Below, piece after piece: positions 11,041 to 25,860 of a DNA stretch of 64,000 nucleotides (its first letter is position 1; each line of letters begins with the position of its first letter). A program made the translations under genes and the position numbers. The notes beneath the pieces are model-generated. The model searched no databases. It was not told the DNA's origin and saw nothing but the letters and a program-made list of their open reading frames with translations. The DNA comes from Candidatus Fermentibacteraceae bacterium. Its GTDB lineage: Bacteria; Fermentibacterota; Fermentibacteria; Fermentibacterales; JCC-6. The stretch lies in NCBI GenBank assembly GCA_041750285.1, contig JBGSZS010000019.1, forward strand, positions 32,001 to 96,000, written 5' to 3'.

Positions 11041-14000
11041 GTGAATAAGGATAGACCTGTCAGGAACTATTCGCGGGTTACCCCTGCCCTTGAAGTACCC
11101 GACCTGCTGAAGGTACAGCGGGATTCCTTCGAGAATTTTCTACAGGCTGATGTACCCTCGGATGAAAGACTTCCACAAGGTTTACACAAGATATTTCTCG
11201 ACACATTCCCCATTGAAAGCGCAAGCAAGGAGTTTTCACTCGAATATGTAAGCTTCGAGGTCTCCCCCCCGAAGCACACCGTGAAGGAAGCCCTTGAGAG
11301 GGGCGTCACCTACTGCGCCAACCTCAATGCCGTGATGCGCCTGGTCACCCGCGACCCCGAGTCGAAGAGTTTCAAGATGGGTGTCGATCAGAAGGTCTTC
11401 CTGGGCAGTCTGCCCATTATGACCGACAGCGGCTCCTTCATTATCAACGGCGCTGAAAGGGTCATCGTAAGCCAGCTTCACAGGAGCCCCGGTGTTTTCT
11501 TCGAGGAGAAGGTCCAGCAGAGGAACCGCAGGGTTCACAGTGCCAGGGTCATTCCCCACAGGGGTTCGTGGCTCGAGATAAACCTCGACCCCAACGATCA
11601 GATTTTCGCCATCATAGACAGGCGCAACAAACGGATACCGGTCACCATGCTTCTCCGGGCACTGGGTCTCTCCACCGACACACAGATTCTTGCCGCGTTC
11701 TATCCCGTGGTGGAGAAGGACCTTGAAGCAATGCTGAAACGGCAGTCGAGAAGCAGCGACTTCATTCACAGGACGTTCGCCGAGGACATCGCCGACCCGG
11801 CGACCGGCGAAGTGCTCGTTCGCTGTGACGAACCTGTCGAAACCGTTGAGAAGCTGGAGAACCTTGTTTCAAGGGGCATAACCAAAGCCCGTTTCCTCGA
11901 GTCCCGTTCCGAGAGGGACAACTTTGACGGGATCCGCAAAACACTGGCCAAAGAGGAATCCAGCCTTGGCGCCGGTGTCGACAAGAACGAAGATTCCGCA
12001 ACGATGTGGATATACGAAGCCCTTCGCGGCACTGAAGCCCCCTCCCTCGACCACGCGAGAAGCTATCTCAGAAGCATGTTCTTCGACAGCAAGCGCTACA
12101 GCCTGAGCGAGGTGGGGCGATACAAGCTGAACGAGAGGTTGAACATCAACACCTCCATGGACCGTCTCACCCTTGTGGTGGAAGACCTGGTGGCGATCGT
12201 GGACAACCTCATAATGCTTCGTGAGGGCACCAACACAGCCGACGACATCGATCATCTGGGCAACCGGAGGGTCAAGACCGTGGGCGAGCTCCTCAGTCAG
12301 GAGTTCAGCAAGGGCCTCAGCCGCATGGCCCGCACCATCCGTGACAAGATGGGCCACCAGGACAAGGACAAGCTCCGCCCGCAGGACCTTGTCAACTCCA
12401 GAACGCTGTCGAGCGTCATCAACACGTTCTTCGGCTCGAGCCAGCTCTCCCAGTTCATGGAACAGACCAACCCCCTGGCCGAACTCACCCACAAGAGACG
12501 CACGAGCGCTCTCGGCGAAGGCGGTCTGACTCGCGAGAGGGCGGGCTTCGATGTTCGTGACGTGCATCACACCCATTACGGCAGGGTCTGCCCGGTTGAG
12601 ACCCCCGAAGGCCCGAACATCGGGCTCATAACGACCCTTTCGGTCTACGCCTCCATCAACCGTTTCGGATTCCTCGAAACACCCTACCGGCGCGTCATCA
12701 AGGGCAAGATCACTGACGAGGTCGTATACCTCTCCGCAGACCGGGAAGACCGCACCACGATCGCCGAGGCCGATTCACAGGTCGATGAACGTGGCTACCT
12801 GACAGGTCCCCTCGTCAGGGCCCGAAAGGCCGGAAACTTTCCCATGGTGCGTCCGGACGACATCGAGTACATCGATGTGAGCCCCATGCAGCTCGTGGGT
12901 CTTTCCGCAGCCCTGATCCCGTTCCTCGAGCATGACGACGCCAACAGGGCACTGATGGGTTCCAACATGCAGAGGCAGGCAGTGCCCCTTCTCTACACCC
13001 AGCCCCCGGTCGTGGGAACCGGCATGGAAGCGGTTGCCGCCCGTGACAGCGGTGCACTGGTCACCGCACGGAGGGGTGGAGTGGTGGTCGAGGTCGACTC
13101 CCGGAAGATCGTCGTCAGAGCCGACGGCGACGAGTACGATTTCGACAGGGACGATGTATACGACCTCAAGAAGTTCCAGAGAAGCAACCAGGACACGTGC
13201 ATCAACCAGAAACCCATCGTCAGCCCGGGTCAGAGGGTCGGGGAGGGCACCATCCTCGCTGACGGCATGGCCACCAGCGACGGCAGGCTCGCGCTCGGCG
13301 TGAACGCCATTGTCGCGTTCACCCCCTGGAACGGCTACAACTACGAAGACGCCGTGGTGATGAGCGAGCGCCTGGTGAAGAACGACCTTTTCACAAGCGT
13401 TCACATCGAGGAGTACGAGGTCAACTTCCGCGAGACGAAACTCGGTCCCGAAGAGCTCCTTCGCGACATCCCCAACGTGGGCGAGGACCGCAAGCGCAAC
13501 CTCGACGAAAACGGAATAATCAGGGTCGGCGCCAGGGTGAGGTCGGATGACATCCTCGTCGGCAAGGTGAGCCCCAAGGGTGAGCAGGACCTTTCACCCG
13601 CTGAAAGGCTCATCCGGGCCATCTTCGGCCAGAAGGCCGGCGATGTGAAGGACACTTCCCTCAGGGCTCCCAACGGCATGGACGGCATCGTGGTGGACGT
13701 GAAGGTCTACTCCCGCCGGGACGACACCGAGAGGGGCCGCAGGGTTCTCGAGGAACGCATAGACGCCCTCAGGGAACAGAAGCTGAACAGGGAACAGCGG
13801 CTCTGCAAGGAGCGCGATGACATGCTCTGCGAGGTTCTTGCGGGCCAGAAAGCGGTGAACCTCATCGACTCCGTGACCGGCGAGCAGTACGTACCCTCCG
13901 GCCGGAAGCTCACAACCGCATCTTTGCGCAAGGTCAACTTCACCGACATCGACTACGGCCGGCAGCTCTGCGAAGACCTCAAGGCCGACGACAGGGCCAG

Positions 14001-14841
14001 GAGGATCCTTCGAAGCACCAACAGGGAACTCGACAAGATCCAGCAGGAGTTCCTGCAGGCCGAGAACAGGATCAGCGTCGGAGACGAGCTGAAACCCGGC
14101 GTGATTAAACTTGTGAAGGTCTACGTGGCCAAAAGACGCAAGCTCAGGGTGGGCGACAAGGTCGCCGGCCGGCACGGCAACAAGGGCATCGTGAGCATCA
14201 TCGTCCCCGAGGAGGACATGCCCTATCTGCCCGACGGCACTCCGGTCGACATCTGTCTCAACCCGCTGGGCGTTCCCTCGCGAATGAACGTTGGCCAGAT
14301 CATGGAGACGAACCTTGGCTGGGCGGCCAAGACGCTGGGCTTCGACGTGGTGACACCGGTGTTCGACTCGGCGCACAACAGAGTGATCGAGGAAACACTG
14401 GAAGAGGCCGGCCTTCCCCGTGACGGCAAGACGGTCCTCTACGACGGCCGGACCGGCGAACCCATGAACGAGAAGGTTACCGTGGGCCTCATGTACGTGA
14501 TGAAGCTCGCCCATCAGGTGGAAGACAAGATCCATGCCAGGTCAACGGGTCCGTATGCCATGGTCACCCAGCAACCCCTGGGCGGCAAGGCGCAGAACGG
14601 CGGCCAGAGGCTCGGTGAGATGGAGGTCTGGGCCCTCGAGGCCTACGGGGCGGCCCACTGCCTGCAGGAGATGCTCACGATCAAGTCCGACGACGTAGAG
14701 GGAAGGAACCGGGCCTACAGCAGCATCGTCCAGGGAAAGGCCATTCCCCCCTCCAGCACACCCGAGGCCTTCAGCGTTCTTCTGAACGAGATGAGAAGCC
14801 TGGCTTTGGATGTGGAACTGGTTACCGAGGAGGAGAACTAG
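11041..14841 (+). CDS. rpoB: RNA polymerase beta subunit
   Basis: INGAERV, ETPEGPNIG, GSNMQRQ, GRHGNKG, GEMEVWALEAY. Confidence 0.99.
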   Translation: MNKDRPVRNYSRVTPALEVPDLLKVQRDSFENFLQADVPSDERLPQGLHKIFLDTFPIESASKEFSLEYVSFEVSPPKHTVKEALERGVTYCANLNAVMRLVTRDPESKSFKMGVDQKVFLGSLPIMTDSGSFIINGAERVIVSQLHRSPGVFFEEKVQQRNRRVHSARVIPHRGSWLEINLDPNDQIFAIIDRRNKRIPVTMLLRALGLSTDTQILAAFYPVVEKDLEAMLKRQSRSSDFIHRTFAEDIADPATGEVLVRCDEPVETVEKLENLVSRGITKARFLESRSERDNFDGIRKTLAKEESSLGAGVDKNEDSATMWIYEALRGTEAPSLDHARSYLRSMFFDSKRYSLSEVGRYKLNERLNINTSMDRLTLVVEDLVAIVDNLIMLREGTNTADDIDHLGNRRVKTVGELLSQEFSKGLSRMARTIRDKMGHQDKDKLRPQDLVNSRTLSSVINTFFGSSQLSQFMEQTNPLAELTHKRRTSALGEGGLTRERAGFDVRDVHHTHYGRVCPVETPEGPNIGLITTLSVYASINRFGFLETPYRRVIKGKITDEVVYLSADREDRTTIAEADSQVDERGYLTGPLVRARKAGNFPMVRPDDIEYIDVSPMQLVGLSAALIPFLEHDDANRALMGSNMQRQAVPLLYTQPPVVGTGMEAVAARDSGALVTARRGGVVVEVDSRKIVVRADGDEYDFDRDDVYDLKKFQRSNQDTCINQKPIVSPGQRVGEGTILADGMATSDGRLALGVNAIVAFTPWNGYNYEDAVVMSERLVKNDLFTSVHIEEYEVNFRETKLGPEELLRDIPNVGEDRKRNLDENGIIRVGARVRSDDILVGKVSPKGEQDLSPAERLIRAIFGQKAGDVKDTSLRAPNGMDGIVVDVKVYSRRDDTERGRRVLEERIDALREQKLNREQRLCKERDDMLCEVLAGQKAVNLIDSVTGEQYVPSGRKLTTASLRKVNFTDIDYGRQLCEDLKADDRARRILRSTNRELDKIQQEFLQAENRISVGDELKPGVIKLVKVYVAKRRKLRVGDKVAGRHGNKGIVSIIVPEEDMPYLPDGTPVDICLNPLGVPSRMNVGQIMETNLGWAAKTLGFDVVTPVFDSAHNRVIEETLEEAGLPRDGKTVLYDGRTGEPMNEKVTVGLMYVMKLAHQVEDKIHARSTGPYAMVTQQPLGGKAQNGGQRLGEMEVWALEAYGAAHCLQEMLTIKSDDVEGRNRAYSSIVQGKAIPPSSTPEAFSVLLNEMRSLALDVELVTEEEN

Positions 14842-14842
14842 A

Positions 14843-19615
<4,773 letters not shown>

Positions 19616-19671
19616 ACTTGCTGTTCCGCAAATGAAGGAACAGACGCTGTAAGGTTCTGAAAGGAGAGAAT

Positions 19672-20043
19672 TTGCCCACGATCAACCAACTGGTGCGGTC
19701 AGGGAGAAGCAAGCAGAAGGCCAACACAAAGGCCCCGGCGCTTACCTCCTGCCCTCAGAAAAAGGGCATCTGCACCCGTGTGTATACATCCACGCCCAAA
19801 AAGCCCAACTCCGCCCTCAGAAAAGTGGCCAGGGTCAGGCTTCGCAACGGCTATGAAGTAACAGCCTACATTCCCGGCGAGGGGCACAACCTCAACGAGC
19901 ACTCGGTTGTTCTCGTCCGCGGGGGCAGGGTCAAGGACCTTCCCGGCGTGCGCTATCACATCATCCGCGGTGTCGAGGACGCCAGCGGCGTGAACGGCCG
20001 CAAGCAGAGCAGGTCCAAGTACGGGACGAAGAAGGAAGCGTAG
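19672..20043 (+). CDS. rpsL: 30S ribosomal protein S12
   Basis: TTG start, [18 protein letters not shown]. Confidence 0.99.
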   Translation: MPTINQLVRSGRSKQKANTKAPALTSCPQKKGICTRVYTSTPKKPNSALRKVARVRLRNGYEVTAYIPGEGHNLNEHSVVLVRGGRVKDLPGVRYHIIRGVEDASGVNGRKQSRSKYGTKKEA

Positions 20044-20048
20044 GCGTC

Positions 20049-20516
20049 ATGAGAAGAAACAGACCGAAAAGGCGTGAGATACTTCCGGACAGGAAGTACG
20101 GGAACCTGGTGATAGCCAAGTTCATAAACAACATCATGCACCAGGGCAAACGCTCAGTCGCCGAGGGCGTGGTTTACGACGCTTTCGACATGATATCGGA
20201 AAAAACGGGGCAGGACCCCGTGGCCGTCTTCAACAAGGCCATGAACAACGTCCGCCCGACCCTGAAGGTGAAATCCAGAAGGGTCGGCGGTTCGACCTAC
20301 CAGGTTCCCGTCGAGGTGAAGCAGAGCGAGCGCGACGCCCTGGCCATGCGCTGGATCATCAGCTACTCCAGGGGCCGCAAGGGGCGCAGCATGGCTCAAA
20401 GGCTTGCCCAGGAGTTCATCGAGGCCTCCCAGGGCGAGGGCAACAGCGTCAAGAAGCGGGAAGACACCCACAAGATGGCCGAAGCCAACAAGGCTTTCGC
20501 CCACTACCGCTGGTAA
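20049..20516 (+). CDS. rpsG: 30S ribosomal protein S7
   Basis: RRVGGSTYQVP, MAEANKAFAHYRW. Confidence 0.99.
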   Translation: MRRNRPKRREILPDRKYGNLVIAKFINNIMHQGKRSVAEGVVYDAFDMISEKTGQDPVAVFNKAMNNVRPTLKVKSRRVGGSTYQVPVEVKQSERDALAMRWIISYSRGRKGRSMAQRLAQEFIEASQGEGNSVKKREDTHKMAEANKAFAHYRW

Positions 20517-20523
20517 GTACGAT

Positions 20524-20550
20524 CGGGGGGCACCTGACCGGTGTCCCCCG
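20524..20550. terminator. GC-rich hairpin between convergent rpsG and lipoprotein gene
   Basis: CGGGGGGCACC-TGACC-GGTGTCCCCCG. Confidence 0.55.
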
Positions 20551-20564
20551 GATTCCCTCCCGCA

Positions 20565-21671
20565 TCACGGCGCCGCCAAACCGGTGTCACGTGTCCTTAG
20601 AACATGGACCTTGAAAACTCCGTCGGCAGGGTCTTCCTCCCAAGCCAGGATTCCGTGTTCGTCCACCCTGAAGTTCCATTCTCCCGGCCGGGGGAATTCG
20701 TACATGCGGACGATCTCGCCCGTTTCAATACTGTGAACGTTGAACTGCGGGAAAACACCCTGACCGGTCTGCACCCACAGCATCCCCGCCCTGCAACCGA
20801 TTCCCAGAATCGCATCCCTGTCAGGCAGAGCCTCCCACCCTGAAATACCCTCAGCGCCCATGGAAAGGAGCTGGGCTGTCATCAGCCGCTCTTCGCGTTC
20901 GATCTCCGAGGATGACTTCCGGACCGGGCTGATCTGCAGTACCGTGAAAGTCTCGCAGCGCCCCCCATCCCATCTGAATATCTCGTACTCGTCGGTGGAA
21001 GTCTCGGTGAGATAGCATCGGCCAGAATCGTCCGAAGCTGTGTGAACGGCGTTCATGGCCCTTTCAAGGGTGGCCACGTTCGAAGGGTCCACCCGGATCG
21101 TGTCGCTGAAAAGCACCGCCACGGGTTCCGGTCCATCAACCGTGTAAAGGCCGGCCTCCCTGAAACAGCCAAACCCGTCCCTCAGAGTCACCACCCCTGT
21201 TCTCACGGCGGTAAACGTACCGTGCCCGGCATGCCTGATCTGCGTGGGAGACGATCTTGGCCAGTGGTTCACCTCATGAAGGAACGCGTGGGTCCTGTCG
21301 AAGACAAGGTATCCCTGGCTGGGTTGATCCCTGACAAGTATCTGGTCTTCGACGCTCTCTATGGACATCGGGTTGCCCATCTCCTCCGGTCCGTCGCCGC
21401 AGCCCCCGAAAGTCTCAATGTATGCACCCTCCGGTGTGAACGCATGAACCACGCATGCTGCCTGATCCAGCACGAGTATCTCTCCTGACGGCCCGAAGCA
21501 GGCATCCGCCGGGTAGGCGATGAAAAGGGTGTCGGGCATTGATGTTGTGCTCTGAATCTCCAGGACTCCCACTTCAATGGAGTCTGAACGGCCATGATCG
21601 CAACAGCACGAGAAAAGCGTCAGCATCGCTGCCAAGACAGGCAGACGGCTGCTCATCGAACACATGTCCAT
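20565..21671 (-). CDS. Lipoprotein with 6-bladed (NHL-like) beta-propeller
   Basis: GGAGGG RBS, LTLFS-C lipobox-like, FGGCGDGPEEMGNP blade motif. Confidence 0.7.
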   Translation of the reverse strand: MDMCSMSSRLPVLAAMLTLFSCCCDHGRSDSIEVGVLEIQSTTSMPDTLFIAYPADACFGPSGEILVLDQAACVVHAFTPEGAYIETFGGCGDGPEEMGNPMSIESVEDQILVRDQPSQGYLVFDRTHAFLHEVNHWPRSSPTQIRHAGHGTFTAVRTGVVTLRDGFGCFREAGLYTVDGPEPVAVLFSDTIRVDPSNVATLERAMNAVHTASDDSGRCYLTETSTDEYEIFRWDGGRCETFTVLQISPVRKSSSEIEREERLMTAQLLSMGAEGISGWEALPDRDAILGIGCRAGMLWVQTGQGVFPQFNVHSIETGEIVRMYEFPRPGEWNFRVDEHGILAWEEDPADGVFKVHVLRTRDTGLAAP

Positions 21672-21754
21672 GGAACCCTCCTTCTGTATTCCGGGCATTC
21701 AAAAATAGTACTAATAGATATAAGGTCAATGCAGCGACCCCGAACAGAATCGTG

Positions 21755-21783
21755 TTGACCTTCCCGATCCGGCAGGGTATTCT
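21755..21783 (+). promoter_or_regulatory. Sigma70-type promoter
   Basis: TTGACC-N17-TATTCT. Confidence 0.5.
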
Positions 21784-21896
21784 CACAAAACTTTCCGGTC
21801 TGCTCCGAAACAATGGGTCTTCCGCCTGCGGTTGGGCTGCCCAGCGACACCCGATGACGGGCTGGAAGATCTGAACCATCAGGGAGGGGATGATCG

Positions 21897-22214
21897 ATGA
21901 CCTCCGGGAAAGCCTTCACCTGCAGCCAGTGCGGGGCCCCCGAACTGGAACGGTCGGGGGAGGGGAAACTTCAGTGCCCCTTCTGCGGCAGCCTTTACAG
22001 CTACTCGGTCCGCAGCCCGACCGTGGTGATAAGAAAGGGCGCGAACGTGATCATCGGCAGAAAAGCCAGAGTCACGATCAAAGGCGGAGTGGAGATTCAG
22101 GAGGGCGCACGGGTTCAGGTGGACGGAGAGATAACCCTTCTGGAAAGGGCGCCCGAAGAGGTCATCAACGCTGCCAGGCTGAAGCTTCGCAAGAACCAGG
22201 GCCTGCTCCCCTGA
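21897..22214 (+). CDS. Small zinc-ribbon protein
   Basis: CSQCG...CPFCG followed by V/I/G-rich beta repeats; GGAGGGG RBS. Confidence 0.7.
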   Translation: MTSGKAFTCSQCGAPELERSGEGKLQCPFCGSLYSYSVRSPTVVIRKGANVIIGRKARVTIKGGVEIQEGARVQVDGEITLLERAPEEVINAARLKLRKNQGLLP

Positions 22215-23396
22215 TCACTCCCTGATCGGCCTGAGGGTGAACCCGATGATGGCAGCCACGAAGCAGAGCGCTGCGGCTGTGTAATAGGCAGCGGTGTAGC
22301 CGCCTGTAGAGTCCAGTATCCTTCCCGCCATCATGGGACCGATCTGCCCCCCCACGCCCCATGCTGTGAAAAGCACGCCGTAGTTCAACCCCATGTTCTT
22401 CGTCCCGTAGAAATCACCCACTGCCGACGGGTAGACGGAGAGCATCGCGCCGTAGGCAAAGGTTACGACCATGGCGCCGAAGAGTATCGACGCGAAGCTG
22501 CCGAAGCTTGCGAAGAAAAGAAGAACGGTGCCCTGTGCGAGGTAGAGGATCATCATGGTCTTCGCCCGGCCCAGTCTGTCCGATATGGTTCCCGCTATCG
22601 GACGGCCGAGGGCGTTGCTTATGGCCATGAAGGCCACGAGAAGAAAGCCGAAGTTCCGGCCGGTCTGAACGCTGGCGATCGTGGAAAGGTGGCCGATGAT
22701 CATCAGGCCTGCAAGTGCTCCGGCCACGAACATGACCCAGAGCTGGTAGAACTGCCTGGTGCGTATCATCTGCTTCCAGTCGTACTCACGGCCCGAGACC
22801 CTGGCCTGCGTTCCGGCGGTCTGCACCTGTTTCCCGGGATTTTTCAGGGTCTGGGCAAGTCCAACCACCACCAGGAAGAAACCTGCTCCGAGGATGCGGA
22901 AGGAGCTGAAGACCGTGTAGTTCTGGATCAGGAAGTTCGTGAGGGGAGCGATGTAGATGGTCGCTGCGCCGAACCCTCCGACGACCATTCCCGAGATCAG
23001 CCCCTTTCGCTCCGGCGGGAACCATTTGATGGCCACAGGGGTGGTGGCCGAGTAACCGAGGCCGATGCCCGACCCCGCCATGACACCGAAGCAAAGCACA
23101 AGGCCCGGAACGGTCTGGAAGAAGCTTGCGAGGATCATGCCTCCCCCGACCAGTATGCCCGCAAGCGTCACGACCACCCTGGGCCCGTACTTGTCCTGCA
23201 GGCGGCCTCCGAAGATCATCATGACGGCGAACATGGCAACGGCCATCGTGTAGGGCAGCGATGCCTGGGTGCTGCTCCACCCCAGCGATTCGCGCAGGTT
23301 GGCAGCGAAAATGCTCCAGGCGTAGAGAACGCCGAAGGAAAGGTTGATGCCCATCCCGGCCAGGACGATGGTCCATGCCCTTGTGTTCCTGTTCAT
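22215..23396 (-). CDS. MFS transporter, OFA (oxalate:formate antiporter) family
   Basis: 12 TM pattern, LYAWSIF, KWFP..KGL, GxNYG. Confidence 0.9.
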   Translation of the reverse strand: MNRNTRAWTIVLAGMGINLSFGVLYAWSIFAANLRESLGWSSTQASLPYTMAVAMFAVMMIFGGRLQDKYGPRVVVTLAGILVGGGMILASFFQTVPGLVLCFGVMAGSGIGLGYSATTPVAIKWFPPERKGLISGMVVGGFGAATIYIAPLTNFLIQNYTVFSSFRILGAGFFLVVVGLAQTLKNPGKQVQTAGTQARVSGREYDWKQMIRTRQFYQLWVMFVAGALAGLMIIGHLSTIASVQTGRNFGFLLVAFMAISNALGRPIAGTISDRLGRAKTMMILYLAQGTVLLFFASFGSFASILFGAMVVTFAYGAMLSVYPSAVGDFYGTKNMGLNYGVLFTAWGVGGQIGPMMAGRILDSTGGYTAAYYTAAALCFVAAIIGFTLRPIRE

Positions 23397-23452
23397 GTGC
23401 GGAAGACCCCCCGGTTGAGTTTAGCCCGGATTATAGCCTGAACGCCTGATCT

Positions 23453-24697
23453 TTACAAAACCCGGCCCATGCGCTTCTCCGCCCTGATGCCGGAAGCGGC
23501 TGCCATTGCCGACGAGAAGGCCCACTGGATGTTGTAACCCCCTGTGTCGCCGTCAACGTCGAGGACCTCACCAGTGAAGTAGAGGCCCCGGGTGATCCTG
23601 GATTCCATGGTCAGCCGGTTGACCTCATCCCGGGACACTCCTCCCGCAGTGGCCATGGCAACGCTGAAACCGCCCTTTTCTGCGACCGTGACCGGGAACG
23701 CCGTTATGTACTCCAGTATCTTCATCCGGTCGGCCTTTCCGATCTCTCCGCCCTTCCGGGAGGAAGCGATCCCCGAGTTTTCGAGAACGGTGTCTGCGAG
23801 CCGTTCCGGAATGCCCAGACCTTTCAGGATGGTTCTGACCGCCTTCTTTCCACCGCTCTGAAGGGCGCCGATCAGGCGGTTCTCAACGTCGCCCGCAGCC
23901 ATTTCCGTAAGTGCGAGAGAAAGCCTGTCGCCATCGTTGATGTGCCGGCTGAGGTTCAGAATTCCCGGTCCCGAGAGCCCCGCGCCGGTGAAAAGGACGT
24001 CACCCCTGGCTGAAATCGTTCCGCCGTCGGCCTTTTTCAGAAGAATTGACGGGTTTTTCAGGGAAATGCCGGCCAAGCCCGAGGGAAAGGGCTCCTTCGC
24101 CGTGATGTGGGTAAGGGAAGGTGTGATATTGGTCAACGTGTGGCCCAGCGAAGCAGCCAGGGCAAAGCCGTCGCCGGTGGAACCGGTTTCGGGGTGGGAG
24201 CACCCGCCCGTTGCAATCACGAGGAAGTCGGACCTGATGACCGACCCGCGGGTCGTGACTGCGAAACCGCCTTCGTCATGGGAAACCGCTGAAACGGGTG
24301 AGCCGTACAGCATCTGAACGCCTTTTTCAGCACACGACCCCTGCAGAAGGGCGAGGATCTCCGACGCCCTCATCCCCGCCGGGAAGAGCTTGCCGTCCTC
24401 GCGGGCGAACGTCCTTACTCCGCCGTTCTCGAGGAATGCGCAAAGGTCGCTGTTGGTGAAGGCCATAAGGGCCGGCTTCACGAAGTTCGAGGCGCCGCCG
24501 TAATGCCCTGTGAAATCGATGATCGGCCCCGTCCGGCTGAAGTTGCACTGCCCCGACCCCGAAAGCAGGAGCTTTCTGCCGGGGCTTCCGTTCTTTTCCA
24601 GCAGGAGGACCTCATCACTGTCCGCGCAGGCATTCAGGGCGCAGAACAAACCCGAGGGACCCGCCCCGATGACGATTGTTCCATATCTGGTCAGCAT
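23453..24697 (-). CDS. HI0933/BaiN-family FAD-dependent oxidoreductase
   Basis: IGAGPSG, GRKLLLSGSGQCN, ATGG..P.TGSTGDG, GEVLDVDGDTGGYNIQ; start 24697 or 24718. Confidence 0.9.
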   Translation of the reverse strand: MLTRYGTIVIGAGPSGLFCALNACADSDEVLLLEKNGSPGRKLLLSGSGQCNFSRTGPIIDFTGHYGGASNFVKPALMAFTNSDLCAFLENGGVRTFAREDGKLFPAGMRASEILALLQGSCAEKGVQMLYGSPVSAVSHDEGGFAVTTRGSVIRSDFLVIATGGCSHPETGSTGDGFALAASLGHTLTNITPSLTHITAKEPFPSGLAGISLKNPSILLKKADGGTISARGDVLFTGAGLSGPGILNLSRHINDGDRLSLALTEMAAGDVENRLIGALQSGGKKAVRTILKGLGIPERLADTVLENSGIASSRKGGEIGKADRMKILEYITAFPVTVAEKGGFSVAMATAGGVSRDEVNRLTMESRITRGLYFTGEVLDVDGDTGGYNIQWAFSSAMAAASGIRAEKRMGRVL

Positions 24698-24705
24698 GCA
24701 AGGCT

Positions 24706-25107
24706 TTACAGCCTCCATACCTCCTCGCCGGTCTGGACCAGTCCCATGCCGTTCTCCTCCAGGGCCGTGCGCATCCACTCCAGTGATTTGTCGAAATTGT
24801 CCATGAGGACCGCATTTCCGTTGTCGGAGCTGACGAGAAGCATCCTGCCGTTCCGGGCGTAGGTTCCCCTGGAGACGGTAATGGTGCCGAAGGGAAGGCT
24901 GACAGGCTTTCCCCTTATCAGGAGCTTGAGAAGGATGCCCAACTGGGTGTAGAGGGGCGCCATCCGGCCAAGGTCGTGGAAGACGAACCTTCTGTCGGTC
25001 AGGACGCACCGGCTGTCAACCGGGAACTTGATCTTCCCGCCCTGCAGCGTGTAGCGGCGCCTGTCGGCAAAAACCCTCTCGTCGGGGTCGGGGGTGAACT
25101 TCGGCAT
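24706..25107 (-). CDS. Hypothetical protein (possible PH-like fold)
   Basis: ORF with GAAGGAGG RBS; CVLTDRRFVF resembles bacterial PH domains. Confidence 0.6.
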   Translation of the reverse strand: MPKFTPDPDERVFADRRRYTLQGGKIKFPVDSRCVLTDRRFVFHDLGRMAPLYTQLGILLKLLIRGKPVSLPFGTITVSRGTYARNGRMLLVSSDNGNAVLMDNFDKSLEWMRTALEENGMGLVQTGEEVWRL

Positions 25108-25119
25108 GATCCTCCTTCT

Positions 25120-25851
25120 TCAGAACATCCGTCTTATCGTGAAGCCCAGGGAGAGGTCGTTCGTGGCTGCGCCGTTCAACTGTCCCCGGGGGCCGATGCC
25201 GGTGCTGTTCCCAAGGCAGAAGACGAACTGGTGACCCCACGTGGTGCGCCTGACCCCGAAAGAGAACGAGTCTTCCGGGAGGATCAGCGGGTCATCTTCA
25301 TCCCGTTCCACCACCGGGAAGTATTCGCCGATCAGTGCGGTGTTTTCCCCGAGTCCGAGGGAAAGGCCGAAGCCGGGGCCGTGTCTTTCGGTCCTGCCGT
25401 CGTAGGCGTAGTTCACCGTGGGGATCACCCGCCCGTCAGCGAATGGTGCCGAGAATGCTCCCAGCAGCGTGAGCCCGCCCTCCCTGTCCTGGTTGGCTGC
25501 CGGCTTCACCGAGGAATACCCCAGCGAGAAGGATGCCTCGAAGCTGTCTACAAATGTGCTCCAGTGACCACCCAGGGTGTACTCCTTCCACGATCGCACG
25601 TGGCCGGCCCTGATCTCCAGGCCGCCAACCGGGAACCAGCCCAGCTCGGCGGCCACGTTGGCTCCGTTGTCCATTCCGAAGAAAGTCTCGATCGGTTCGT
25701 CCTTCAGTGCTGCACCGTAGAACCTGTGGTTCAGCCTGAGCTCAATGCTTCCCTCCTCAGTTGCCGGCGCGGGGGTCTCGATGTTGAACATTCCCGGGCC
25801 GTATGCGGCGAGGGGGAAAGTGATGGCAAGGAGCATCGCGGCAACTTTCAT
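25120..25851 (-). CDS. Outer-membrane beta-barrel protein (DUF5777-like)
   Basis: Signal peptide, LNHRF, FFGMD, TWGHQF..LGNS, terminal Phe. Confidence 0.7.
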   Translation of the reverse strand: MKVAAMLLAITFPLAAYGPGMFNIETPAPATEEGSIELRLNHRFYGAALKDEPIETFFGMDNGANVAAELGWFPVGGLEIRAGHVRSWKEYTLGGHWSTFVDSFEASFSLGYSSVKPAANQDREGGLTLLGAFSAPFADGRVIPTVNYAYDGRTERHGPGFGLSLGLGENTALIGEYFPVVERDEDDPLILPEDSFSFGVRRTTWGHQFVFCLGNSTGIGPRGQLNGAATNDLSLGFTIRRMF

Positions 25852-25860
25852 TTGAACCTC

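Noticed and set aside
8786..14842. N-terminal extensions of L11, L1, L10 and beta' in the ORF track
   Set aside because: Artefacts of first-start selection; downstream ATGs with RBS match conserved N-termini
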